A stretch of DNA of 46,139 nucleotides from Rhizaria sp. SCN 62-66. Taxonomy: Eukaryota. The DNA lies in the NCBI GenBank assembly GCA_001724265.1, contig MEDY01000245.1, positions 1-46,139 of the forward strand, in the 5' to 3' direction. Positions 24,516 through 35,031 of the stretch are shown one piece after another; position 1 is the first letter of the stretch, and every line of letters starts with the position of its first letter. The notes below the pieces were generated by a model, which made no database searches, had not been told where the DNA came from, and saw nothing but the letters and a program-made list of their open reading frames with translations. Position numbers and translations under genes: made by a program.

Positions 24516-26135
24516 TCAGATGTCTTGCTCACTGCTGCTTCCATCACTCTCTTCTCGCTGCAGCTGCAGTCGCCATGGCTCGAGCTTCTCTAAGTACCCG
24601 GGGATTTGGGGTTGTTGCATCTGTGCCCGCGGTGGCACGTAGTCCTTAGTATAGTCGCCCAAGATGGCTTCAAGGACACGGAATAGCTACATTGCACTCT
24701 CATTTGTCTCTGCACAGATGCAGTCACTCTCGGATAGTTCCAGAAGAGCGTCACGACCGCCCGCCGCAAAGAACGCTGCGAGGAACACGTTACGTGGCCT
24801 CGTGCCTTGCTCTATCACCTCACGATCTTCGCCTGTGTCGCCTGTCTCAATCATGAGACGCACAACTTGCAGCAGCCGATTTGTCCAATCGTAGTGTGGA
24901 GGCTCTGGCATAGTCGCAGCTGCATAGAGCGTCTGTGCACAGTGCTGCAACACGCCGGCATTGAGAAACATCAGTGCAACGGTCAGCGTGCCGCCGTCTG
25001 CTTTCCTCGCGTGTGCCAGTCCGGTGCGCACCAGGCGGTGCAGAAGTGAAGCCGCCCTCCACTTGCTGGACCAAATGCTGTCGGTGCGCCGCGGGACAGG
25101 TACGCGCGGGATAAACGTTTGCAGGACGTTTGACGAAAAGACACGCTGCACCATCACAACGCTTTTGGTGAGTAAGTTTGATAGTATGACCATGAGCTCT
25201 GCAAACTCGTCCAATGCAGTAAATAGGGGTGAACTAGAAAGTTGTTGCAACTGTGCTAACACAGGCGGTATAAAAACTCTCAATAAAATGTCGTAGTCGT
25301 CAAGCATGGAAAGCTGACCCATGATGCGCAAAACGGGTTCACGAACCTGACTGCCGACGTCAAGTTGCTCGAGCACAAGCGGCAAAATATTGTACTGCTC
25401 GGAAGCGAGGTCTTCAAACTGCACACCATCTCGGTCTTTGTGAAAAATATGCGCCAATAATCCTAAAGTAGATTTAAACGCCCTTTTACAGCCTGGAGTC
25501 ACTGCAAGCCTGCGTAGCGTAAGGGAGAGCAACGGCAGCCACTGCACGGCTACGTTGTACGGCAGTTTAGGACCGCTCTCTCTTGGTTTGACGTTAAGAA
25601 AAGTGAGCACCGTCTGTGCAACGCGGTAGTGTACTCTTTCCGCGATCTTAAAAGAGCAATCACTCGCGACGTAGTGCGTGATGTAGTGACACAAGAGCGG
25701 GATAACGTCATGCACGACAAGAGAGTACGCATCCAATTGGCCAACTGCAACGATGTGGCCACATGTCTCAAGTATGTACTCGATAACATCATCGGGCTAA
25801 CCAAGATAGAACAGATAACAAAGCCTTTCAGCAACTCCGAGCTCTAGTAGTGTTACGCAAGCAGTGCGTGACCTGGAGAGTGCAGAAATGGCATGGAGCG
25901 TTTTCTTCTTGTGCTCCGCGTCTGTAGAATACTCAAGTGACTGCAATAACCAAGCATACACGTTATGCTCAAGACAAATCTCAGTCACTAAAGCCAAGCC
26001 GGTGTCTGGAACTCGCCTCACAACTGTTGCAAGCCTTTCAACTTCGCGTATACTGGTTGGTGATGATGGTGATGCAAGTGACAGCAAGTCCGCTACTGCC
26101 TCATGGAGGTCATTGAGGGCAAATAGTGCCGACAT
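24516..26135 (-). CDS. Armadillo-repeat (importin-alpha-like) protein, 539 aa if two in-frame TAGs (25797-25799, 24687-24689) are decoded
   Basis: ORFs 25797..26135 and 24687..25736 share a frame, joined by ...LFYLG-TAG-PDDVIEYILETCGHIVAVGQL. After the second TAG the frame runs 56 more codons (LFRVLEAILGDY...ESDGSSSEQDI) to TGA 24516-24518. ARM-like helical repeats (VREPVLRIMGQL, FFAAGGRDALLEL). Confidence 0.65.
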
Positions 26136-26929
26136 GGTGTGTTATTGGTTGCGCGTCTTACGCACGGAGGCTCTTGATGTCAGATCAATGATCTGCTCAA
26201 AGTAAATCTGATGTACACCCTCCGAAGTTGGTCAAGGACGTCCAAGTCGGAGCTGGCAAGATATTATATGTCGACGGGCACATTTGATATTGGAATGTGC
26301 AAGAGTGAGTCTGGTATGAATTGGCCATCCATGTTAAGCTATAAAAAATATTTCTTAGTAATCGGCTTTTTTTATCAAATCGTGTCCAGATCTTGCGGTT
26401 ATCTTCACAATGTCACCGTGCAAGTCCCGTTTGAGTCTTGTGATCCGGCGAGCACAGTGATTCGCGCGCCTTCTGCATTTTCAAGAGATAGCTCAGGGAT
26501 CTTGCCGTCAGAGACATTGTGATAATGGTGGATAACTGATGAGTGTCGCAAGAATGTCATACTCTTATTCGAGCTCGTTAGATGCATATTTTCAATGGGT
26601 GTGGGGTTTGTTGTTCAATGAGACTGAAAATGACGCGTCGTGTATTTGCGAGTAACGGATACTGCTCGGACGACAAATGCCAGATTAAACATATCAACGC
26701 GACAAGCAACTAAAAGTAATGGGTGTTTTGATAACATGGAATATATGATTTGGCGACTACAAAACATTGTGCGACTGAACTGTTGTCGGGGAGTATGAGT
26801 TCGCGCAATCGCTCACCGAAGTCTAAGGGGCTTGAGTTATTGAGGGGTGATCCAGACGCATCCGATATTAGTGAGCCCCATCTCGCAAATAGCATTGAGC
26901 AATTGATATGGCTGCTATCTTATTCCCGC

Positions 26930-27560
26930 AGCTACCATCACTCTCGTACAGTCTGCAACTCCATTGAGAGCGACAAAGCTCTCAGGAAGCTCTGTTCACA
27001 CATGGACGTCTAAGCCCTGTGTAAAGTCGACGAGAGTGTTACGTATGAATTGATACAGTTGGATAGCCTCATCATACACGTGCTAGATCACGTGATCATT
27101 CCTGAAGAGACGAACTAGCATGTTGCCACCTTGTGCTTTCGTGAACGAAACTCGTTGCTCGGCGCCTTGGCGAGCACAGCAGGATCCGCATTCATATCGC
27201 CAGCTGCAATCATGAGACGCATCGTATTCAGCAAATCGCAAGAGATGAAAGCTAAGGAACCTGTTGGCATGGTTGATGCAACTGTCATAGCCAACGTGGC
27301 CAGGCAGTGCAGTCCCTGAGCCACAGCAGTCCGATCAGTGTCAGTGGCTTCTGTCATCGCGTTGCAAAACAACTGCAACAGAAAAGAAGCCGACTGCCAA
27401 ATCGGGGAGTTCTACAAATACGGATCTCGTGGCACAGGAACACGGGGTCGGAGCGCTTGAAGCACATTTGACTTGAGCACACGGGATACCATTGTGGGAC
27501 GTTGGATCATCAGATCAAGTCACAACAAAAGTTCGCGTGCCCAGAGTGAAGACATACGTC
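26930..27560 (-). pseudogene. Decayed tandem paralog fragment of the neighbouring ARM gene (C-terminal half)
   Basis: Translates MVSRVLKSNVLQALRPRVPVPR..W..AS.L..STMP..LLNTMRLMIAAGD versus MVQRVFSSNVLQTFIPRVPVPR..W..ASLL..ATMP..LLQVVRLMIETGD in the intact gene. 26931-26945 matches 24537-24551 at 14/15 nt (ESDGS). It has in-frame TGA (27520, 27088), TAG (27412, 27115) and a frameshift. Confidence 0.75.
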
Positions 27561-28314
27561 AGCATCAGTATCCGCATAGGTATAGCTGGGACTACCGCAG
27601 TTTCAATCAGGTGATCCGCATATCATTCAAGAAACGAACAAATATATCGTGCAGCCGCCGTTTAAGTCACCAAATCATCGATCTGCACTGAGCGCGGGAA
27701 GGTGTTAATCCAGCCGCAAGTTAAGCATATGACCGTCAAAGAGTGTGCGCGTGTAATATAATTGATATTAAAAACGCTAGAACTAACAACTCTAATTATA
27801 CTTCGTTTAATACTTATGCTGCGGTGCATCACCCTTTTTCGTACCCAGCCCGAGCTTGTCGCCGCTCGCTTCCAAGCCGAGACCGAGCCGAGCCTGAGAC
27901 GGTCAGCGAAGTTCCGTTATCGTTTTTATCGGCACAATTAACGTTGGTTTGACATAGAAAGCGTTGTAAACGTATGCCGTGGTCATTTTGTATATAATGT
28001 TTGTTTCCGAAGCCGTCAACGCATGGCATGGGCTCTTTTTGATACCGGGTCTGAACCCAATCCAGCATCGACTCGCCAGAGATTATTCCGCCCTGCGGCA
28101 AGGTCCTGGAAGTCACCATCCTCACAAATCGGACTTGTTTTCTCACCAATAGTTTGCCACATATACTATTTTAATGCCCACTGCTACGTATAGGCTCTTT
28201 TCTTTCCTTTAACTCCTGCCTTGAGCACACCTCTTGGCTCCCGATAACGAACTCTACTACAGCGTGCCCTCTTCCATCCTTGCTTAGTGAGCCAAGCAAG
28301 CTTCTAACCCCATA

Positions 28315-31300
28315 ATGTCTCACTCGCCCGAGAGTTCATTCACTCTCGGTGCGTCCCCCGCGTCTTCGGCACTCGTCGGCCCCGCCGAGCCGTCCTCCGC
28401 GCGGCCCTCCTTGCATCAGCCGCGCTCGCCCCTCATGCCCTCCAGCTCCAGCTCCAGCTCGGCCTCGGCGCCGGCCCCGGCCCCGACCGTGGCCTCCGCT
28501 GCGCCGGGCCTCTCCCCGGCCCAGCTGTCATCTGCGCCTCGCTTTGCGCCCAGCTTTGGCGCCGCTGCGGGGGTCAAGTCTCCAGGAGCCTCCCCGCGAC
28601 TCACCTCCACCTCGCTCTCGACCAACAGCACCAGCAGCAGCGCCGCACTGCCCCCGCGGCCGCCGCCGCACGCCGCGCACTCAGCGCCGCACGGCAGCGG
28701 CGTTCTCGCCACGCTCTCTGCCCTCCAGTCTCCCGCCACAGGCCCCGCCTCGGCCACCAGCGCCGGCACCGCCGGTAGTTCCGGTGCCTATAATGCCAGT
28801 GCGGGGAGCTCGCCGGTGTTCCCGCCGCTGCCGCCGTCAAAGCCGCCGCTGCACGCGCCCGCATTCGTCGGCGTTGGCTCAGGCTCGCCGGCTCCTGTGG
28901 GCAATCCCAGCTCGAGCGGCAGCAACGCCGCAAGCGCCGGCGGCTACGGCTACGGCGATCACGGCGTCAACAGCAACAGCGGTAACGTCGGCAGCATCCT
29001 GCTGTCTCTGTCCGCGGGCCCACACGCCGCGCCCGCGCCCGCGCCCGTGGAGACCACCAACGGCGGGGCGACGCCGCCGACCAGCTCGCCCAATACGCAT
29101 CCGTACTCGTACATCAACCCGCCTAAACCGCAACAGCAGCAGAGCTACGGTACCACCAGTAGTAATAGTGGTGTGATGATGTCGTCGTACTCAAGCTACA
29201 ACAACAACAATAACAACAATGCAAACAGCAGCAGTAAGCTCAAGCTGAGTGCAAGTATCAAGGATGGCGCCGACTCCAGTCCCGCCGACCCTTCAGCGGC
29301 GGCCAGTGCGCTGGCACAGCCGCCCGGCAACGCGGCACTAATCGTGACGTCGCTCCTGCTGCTCTTCACGGCGATCATCAACTCGATCTTCTTCAAGAAG
29401 ATGACCGACGCGATGCCCAACTACCCCTGGTTCCTGGCACAGCTCTCGACCATCGTCTATGTGCCCGTCTTCTTCGGACTCGTCTTCATGCACCGGGACA
29501 AAATCACACCCGAGATGCACGCATTCCCCAAGTTCAAGTTCTTCGTCATGGGCGCCTTTGATGCCATGTCGGGCATCCTGTCCATGTTTGGCGGCGTTCA
29601 CACGTCTTGCTCGCTGCAGGCGCTGCTGTCGAACGCCATCATCCCCTTCACCATGGTGCTCGCCTACTTCTGGGCGCAGGAGCGCTTCACTCGCTATCAG
29701 GTCCTCGGCTCTACAGTCATTCTCGTCGGCGTCGCCGCGGCCATGATGCCTTCATTCTTCCCCTCGGGTGCCGCCGCGGCCGCCGCGAGCGAGGACCGGT
29801 CCAACTCGCCCTTTTACGTCGTCCTCTTCGTCCTCAACAACCTGCCCTCTGCCGTGTCCTCGGTCTATAAAGAGGTTGCCTTCAACGACGTCGAGATGGA
29901 CGTCAACTTCCTGCAAGCTTGGGTCGCGCTGTGGCAGCTGCTCTTCGGCTTTGTCATGATCCCGCTCAACACGCTCTCCATTCTGGGCCCCGACCGCATC
30001 CCGTTCGACGAGATGGGCTCTTCCTTCATGAACGGGCTCTGGTGTCTGCTCGGCTACGACCACATCAAGCTGCCCAAGTGCCGCATGCCGCGCCCCGCGC
30101 TGCCGCAGCGCCTCCGCGCCGGCCGCCGTCGCCGGGGCACCCCGCCGCCGCCGCCAGCCTCCGCTGCCGGTCACTCATCGAGCTCTAGCGCGGGCTCTGG
30201 CTCTGACGCGTCGACTGCGGCGTTCCTCGAGGTGGCCGCGAGTGTCACTCAGCAGCAACTGGGTGGCCATGGTGCATCCATTCTTCTCTCGTCCTCGTCC
30301 ACGTCCTCTGTTGCTGCTGGTGGTGACTACTCCGGCCAGACTGCGACGAGTCTGGGCAACGCCGCGGGCAGTGTCGACGGCGCTCTGCTGCTGTCGTCGC
30401 TGTTCCTGCTCCGTGGCGGCAGCGCGACGGGCGGCCCACAGTCGCTCGCGGAAGTCAAGCCGCCCCGTGATGCAGTGAACCCCGATGTGTCAGCCGTCGC
30501 AAGCGAGTTTAGCGCTTACCCCACGGCGGAAGCCTTTGAGCAAGCGCTGCTTGAGCTCTCTGCTGATATCACTCACAGCAAGAATCCTGAGAACGCCAGT
30601 TTCAACAGCGCTCGCGTCATCAACGTCGAGTCCAGCGTGAGCGACACCGTCTACGTGAGCGCCGATGGTGGCAGCAACAGCGCCGACGATGACGACATCA
30701 CAGTCACCGACGACGACGACGGCGACGACGACGGCAGCGCGGCGGACGCCGACACGAGTCCCAACCCTGGCCACGGCAAGTCGTCGCCCTTCGCGGCCGC
30801 GGACGACGCGGCGGAGCCCCACGTGAACAGAGCGGCACTGCCCGCGTGCGACGCCTGCCGCGGCGCGTGGCTGCCGGTGTTCATCTACCTCAGCGCCAAC
30901 ATGCTCTACAACTACTTCATGGTCGTGATCATCAAGAACGGCGGCGCGTCGCTGCTGTACGTGATCATGACGCTGCGGCTGCCGCTGGTGCAGCTGGCGA
31001 TGGCGATCCCGGCCATCAACACGCCGCCCGACACGTTCGGCGCGGCCGAGCTGTCTGGGTTGTCGCTCATCCTGCTCGGGCTCGGCTCGTACAAGTACGG
31101 CGAGCCTGACCCCGACGACGCCGCGGGCGACGGCGACGAGTCCGACACAGAGACCATCGACGACGGCACGGGGCGCGCGATCAAGACCAAGCGCGCGGGC
31201 GCCGCCACTGCGCTGACTGCCGCGGCCGGCCCTGGGATGGGCAGGCGCGGAGTCAAGGTGTACGACGCGGACGGGTTCCTGATTGACGAGGACGACTACT

Positions 31301-33270
31301 CGATGCGCGACCACTTCCATGACCACGACGGCACAGCCGGCGCTGCCGAGGCCGGCTACGGCAGCTACGGTGGACAGTGGGGCGCCGCCGGCAAGCAGGC
31401 GCAGAAGGGCGCGGCGAGCACCGAAAGCACCGCGCTGCTCGGCCCCGGCCGCTCTTCCAGCTCAGGCCCCAGTAGAGCCCACCACGGCGCCGGTGCGAGT
31501 GGCGCGGGCGCGACCAAGAAGCCCCGCTTCGCGGCTTCGATGCTGTACTCTGCCGCGGGCCACGGCAACGTGGGCGTCAACATCACGACGTCGATCCAGA
31601 CGCGCGCGCACGCCGAGTGGGCCGGCGCCGTCCGCCGCGCCAAGACGGCCGTGCAGCAGCGCGAGGCCTACCTGCTGCGCGTGCTCGGGCTCGCCGGCGC
31701 CTCGCCGCGTGTTGCCGCCGTGGCCGCTGCGTCGCCCGCCTTCGGCGGCGGGCTCAGCTCGCCGCGCGTCGGCGCGATGAACACGCCCCGGCTCGGCGCC
31801 GCCGCGTCGCCGCGCGTTCCGCCCTCGGGCTTCGCGGCGGCCGCGCTCGGCGGCAGCGCCGTCACTAGCCATGGACTCGGCGCCAGTCTGGGAGGGTCCC
31901 CCTTCACGCTGGCCGCGCCCTCGTCGCTCTCAACCTCGTCGTCGCTGTCGAGCGGCGGCGGCGGCGGCTTTTCCTCACTGGCCTCCGCCGCAGTCTCGCT
32001 ACCCGCCCCTGTGCCCGTGTCATCCGCCTCCGCCGCTGCGGCCGCGACGCTAAACATGAACGGCGGGGGCGGCGCGTCGCCGCTGTCGTCGCTGTCGCTC
32101 GCATCGCAGCCGTCTCCATCGCCGCCCGCGGGCGCCCTCAACGCTAGCGGCGGCGCCAGCGGCGCGGGCACGCCGACGTGCCGCGCAAGCACCGCAGTCG
32201 CCAGCGGGTTCGCCATCGTGAACCCCGCACGCAGCCGCAACAACAGCATCACCGGCACGCTTTTCCCCAAGCTGCCCGCGAACGCGACCGGCAACGCGAC
32301 CGCGGTTGTCAGCTCGAGCTTCGCCTCTAGCAGCAGCAGCAGTCTGTCTAGCAACAGTGCGAACGGCAGCGTGCTGATGTCGCCAGTGTCGCCCATCACG
32401 CCTCTGTCGGCCGCGACTGGGCCGGCGCAGCAGCAGTCCGTGTTCGCCAACGTGTCCGACTCCCACCTGTACAGCCAGAGCCACGGCCACAGCGCCGGCT
32501 CGGGTGTGCTGGGCGGCCTGGGCCTCGTGGCGTCGACCGCGACGCCGAGTCCCCGCGCCAGCCCCAGCGCGACGCCCAGTCCTGCCCACAGCCCCAGCTC
32601 CAGCTCCAACAGTGGCGCGCATTTCGCGAGCGCCGGCCAGTACGGCGCGGCGGGGCTCGGGCTCTCGCTCGTCACGCCGCCGGCTGCGAGCACGCCCAAC
32701 GTGAACGCGACGCTCGCCGCGACTGGCGCCATCCCGGCCGGCGTGAGCAACGTCGCGGGCGGCGTCAGTGGGTCGTGCAGTGACTCTGCGGCGGTGTCGC
32801 CAGCGGCCTGTGTGCCGCCGTCCCCGCTCTCGGCCCACAGCCTCAGCCAGAGCAGCAGCAGCCTCAACCACGGTCTGCACTATGTACCCTCGGCCAACGG
32901 CACTAGCGCTGGCGCTGGCTCAGGTAGTACTGGTGGGCTGCTGACCGGCGTGACCCCGCGGACGCCGCGCGCGCTGCTGCAGCCGACGGTGATCACGACG
33001 ACGACAGCAACAACGACGACAACGGTCACCGTCGGCAGCGGCGCGCCGGCGCACACCGTTCTTGTCAACGGCAGCGGCGGGCTCAACGGGCTCGGAGCCA
33101 AGAGGGTGCTGTGGAACTCGCCGCTCGCCACCCCCGCTGCACCGCTCAACGGCAACAGCAACAACCTTAACGCCAGTGCTGGCAACAGTGCGGCTATGGG
33201 GACTCTCCGGCAGGCGCCGCAACAGCAGCAACAGCAGCAGCAACAGCAACCTCAGGACCCGTCCAAGTAA
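28315..33270 (+). CDS. CRT-like (chloroquine resistance transporter / CLT family, DMT superfamily) transporter with long low-complexity extensions
   Basis: Motifs NSIFFKKM..MPNYPWFLAQL, FPKFKFFVMGAFDA, IPFTM, LPSAVSSVYKEVAF, WVALWQLLFG, NGLWCLLG and CDACRGAW..Y...N..YN. About 10 hydrophobic segments. Ends TAA. Confidence 0.9.
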   Translation: MSHSPESSFTLGASPASSALVGPAEPSSARPSLHQPRSPLMPSSSSSSSASAPAPAPTVASAAPGLSPAQLSSAPRFAPSFGAAAGVKSPGASPRLTSTSLSTNSTSSSAALPPRPPPHAAHSAPHGSGVLATLSALQSPATGPASATSAGTAGSSGAYNASAGSSPVFPPLPPSKPPLHAPAFVGVGSGSPAPVGNPSSSGSNAASAGGYGYGDHGVNSNSGNVGSILLSLSAGPHAAPAPAPVETTNGGATPPTSSPNTHPYSYINPPKPQQQQSYGTTSSNSGVMMSSYSSYNNNNNNNANSSSKLKLSASIKDGADSSPADPSAAASALAQPPGNAALIVTSLLLLFTAIINSIFFKKMTDAMPNYPWFLAQLSTIVYVPVFFGLVFMHRDKITPEMHAFPKFKFFVMGAFDAMSGILSMFGGVHTSCSLQALLSNAIIPFTMVLAYFWAQERFTRYQVLGSTVILVGVAAAMMPSFFPSGAAAAAASEDRSNSPFYVVLFVLNNLPSAVSSVYKEVAFNDVEMDVNFLQAWVALWQLLFGFVMIPLNTLSILGPDRIPFDEMGSSFMNGLWCLLGYDHIKLPKCRMPRPALPQRLRAGRRRRGTPPPPPASAAGHSSSSSAGSGSDASTAAFLEVAASVTQQQLGGHGASILLSSSSTSSVAAGGDYSGQTATSLGNAAGSVDGALLLSSLFLLRGGSATGGPQSLAEVKPPRDAVNPDVSAVASEFSAYPTAEAFEQALLELSADITHSKNPENASFNSARVINVESSVSDTVYVSADGGSNSADDDDITVTDDDDGDDDGSAADADTSPNPGHGKSSPFAAADDAAEPHVNRAALPACDACRGAWLPVFIYLSANMLYNYFMVVIIKNGGASLLYVIMTLRLPLVQLAMAIPAINTPPDTFGAAELSGLSLILLGLGSYKYGEPDPDDAAGDGDESDTETIDDGTGRAIKTKRAGAATALTAAAGPGMGRRGVKVYDADGFLIDEDDYSMRDHFHDHDGTAGAAEAGYGSYGGQWGAAGKQAQKGAASTESTALLGPGRSSSSGPSRAHHGAGASGAGATKKPRFAASMLYSAAGHGNVGVNITTSIQTRAHAEWAGAVRRAKTAVQQREAYLLRVLGLAGASPRVAAVAAASPAFGGGLSSPRVGAMNTPRLGAAASPRVPPSGFAAAALGGSAVTSHGLGASLGGSPFTLAAPSSLSTSSSLSSGGGGGFSSLASAAVSLPAPVPVSSASAAAAATLNMNGGGGASPLSSLSLASQPSPSPPAGALNASGGASGAGTPTCRASTAVASGFAIVNPARSRNNSITGTLFPKLPANATGNATAVVSSSFASSSSSSLSSNSANGSVLMSPVSPITPLSAATGPAQQQSVFANVSDSHLYSQSHGHSAGSGVLGGLGLVASTATPSPRASPSATPSPAHSPSSSSNSGAHFASAGQYGAAGLGLSLVTPPAASTPNVNATLAATGAIPAGVSNVAGGVSGSCSDSAAVSPAACVPPSPLSAHSLSQSSSSLNHGLHYVPSANGTSAGAGSGSTGGLLTGVTPRTPRALLQPTVITTTTATTTTTVTVGSGAPAHTVLVNGSGGLNGLGAKRVLWNSPLATPAAPLNGNSNNLNASAGNSAAMGTLRQAPQQQQQQQQQQPQDPSK

Positions 33271-35031
33271 ACAACTGTTGTTGGTGTTCTTATTTATATT
33301 TATCTCATATCATGTTATGTTGGGCCCCGTCTAATGACTGGGATCATCGATTTCTCGTAATTTAATCAATGTGCAGACCCTACCTAGAAATTGTATCGAG
33401 AGTTGGATCATCGTCCGTCGTTGTTTCACGTATCACAGTTGTTGTTTTTTTCAATATTCGGTGTAAGTAGATTCAAATACATCGTGTATTTAACATCATA
33501 TTTTTTTTTTAAACCTCTATAATGCCATGATTGAGCATATCTTCAGAGTGAGATGTTGTGTCACGACAGTTGTCGTACTCACAGTCTCTCTCTTGACGTA
33601 TCAAAATAGCGTTGCAACACTAGCAATATAGACGTGCGTATGATTTGCTGTCACTAAGACGCTGAAGATATTGTTTACATCAGGCATAGCGCGCGCGAGA
33701 CTCAACACACGTGAGTAGACACAGAGCGAAAAATCAATGACCACAGAAGCAAGAAACAGATACAAAACAAAGACTACGAAACTGGCACAAACAGGACAAG
33801 GAACGCTTTTGGTGCATAGTGTGATGATGAGTGCAGAGAACGAATGAAATGAAGGTAAATCGACACAGAAAGATGCAACTTGGTGGGGTGACACAATCAA
33901 GTATGTTATACCGTCTCTAAGTGTCTACCACCAAAACAAAAGAGCAAAGTGAAACGCAATAAAACAGAACAACGATACCGAAGGGAGTTTGAGAGATCGT
34001 GCATTCAGCAAGCATCGCAAAGAACAGTTGGAAGTCGCTCTGATGAGAGCAACTGAGCGGCTCCTTGTTAAGACGATGGTGACATGACTTGAACAGCACT
34101 CACGAGGCGGTGCGTTTAGTAGAGTAGCTGTTCACAGTGATTGTGATGAATGGTATGTTTTGATGTGTTTTGAGTCGAACGAAAATGTACCAAAAGAATA
34201 GGGCAAGGAAACAAAGTGTGTAGAACGAAACACGAGTCGTGGTGTCATATGGAACGACAGAAAGAGCACGGATGTCATTTTCGTTTGACATAATATAAGA
34301 CTTGATCATCGGATACAAATTGTGTTTGATTTTTGTGGTATTTGGTATCCACGATGAACACATCACATGACTAATATTGGCTGTGACTAATGTCACTGGC
34401 TCGCATGCCGTATCACCCTAAGGGCAACAACAGCAGCAGTGAACGCACGACAGTGAACGAACGACTGAGAACAAGTGACAAAAAAAATAGAATGAGGCTG
34501 TCAATGAATTATTGAAGGCGATGAACGCGACTGTAAATGGGTTGGCTGTGAACGAACGAGTAAGTGTGAGCAAAGAAGTGCAGACACGGCAAATGAAGCG
34601 GCATCAATAGCACTTGGCTCAGAGTCTCGCAGTCAGGAGCAACAAACGTCATAAACAAGACAGCAATCAGCAAACAGCAAGGAGGATTTAAAAAAAATAT
34701 ACAACCATGAAGAGAAAAAAAAAAACTGAAAATGCACTAAAATAGTTTCATAAACAAAGAAAGCAAAAAAGACACTCTAAAGTTCTGTGGCAGTGAAACT
34801 GAGACATAAGAAGACTAACTTGACTCAACTTGACGAATAGGTCCTGTACATATAAACGCAATGAAAAGCAACAAAGTACACAAGTCAACAGTATCAACAA
34901 CGCAAAGCAGCTAAAGCTTTGAAGGCGTAGTCATAGTCAAAGCCGATAACTATTTAGTAACGTGGGCGGTGACGACTACTTATGAGCAGCAGAGCATGGC
35001 AGGCACGTGCCTAAGCAGCGTGTATGCGTGC

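Noticed and set aside
26930-27560. UGA also recoded, which would make the ARM paralog intact
   Set aside because: The fragment also has a frameshift and lacks the N-terminal half, and no intact gene is interrupted by an in-frame TGA.
33271-35031. Gene or ncRNA in the 1.7-kb A-rich spacer (ORFs 33601..34396 -)
   Set aside because: AT-rich with no codon bias; best explained as 3' UTRs of two convergent genes.
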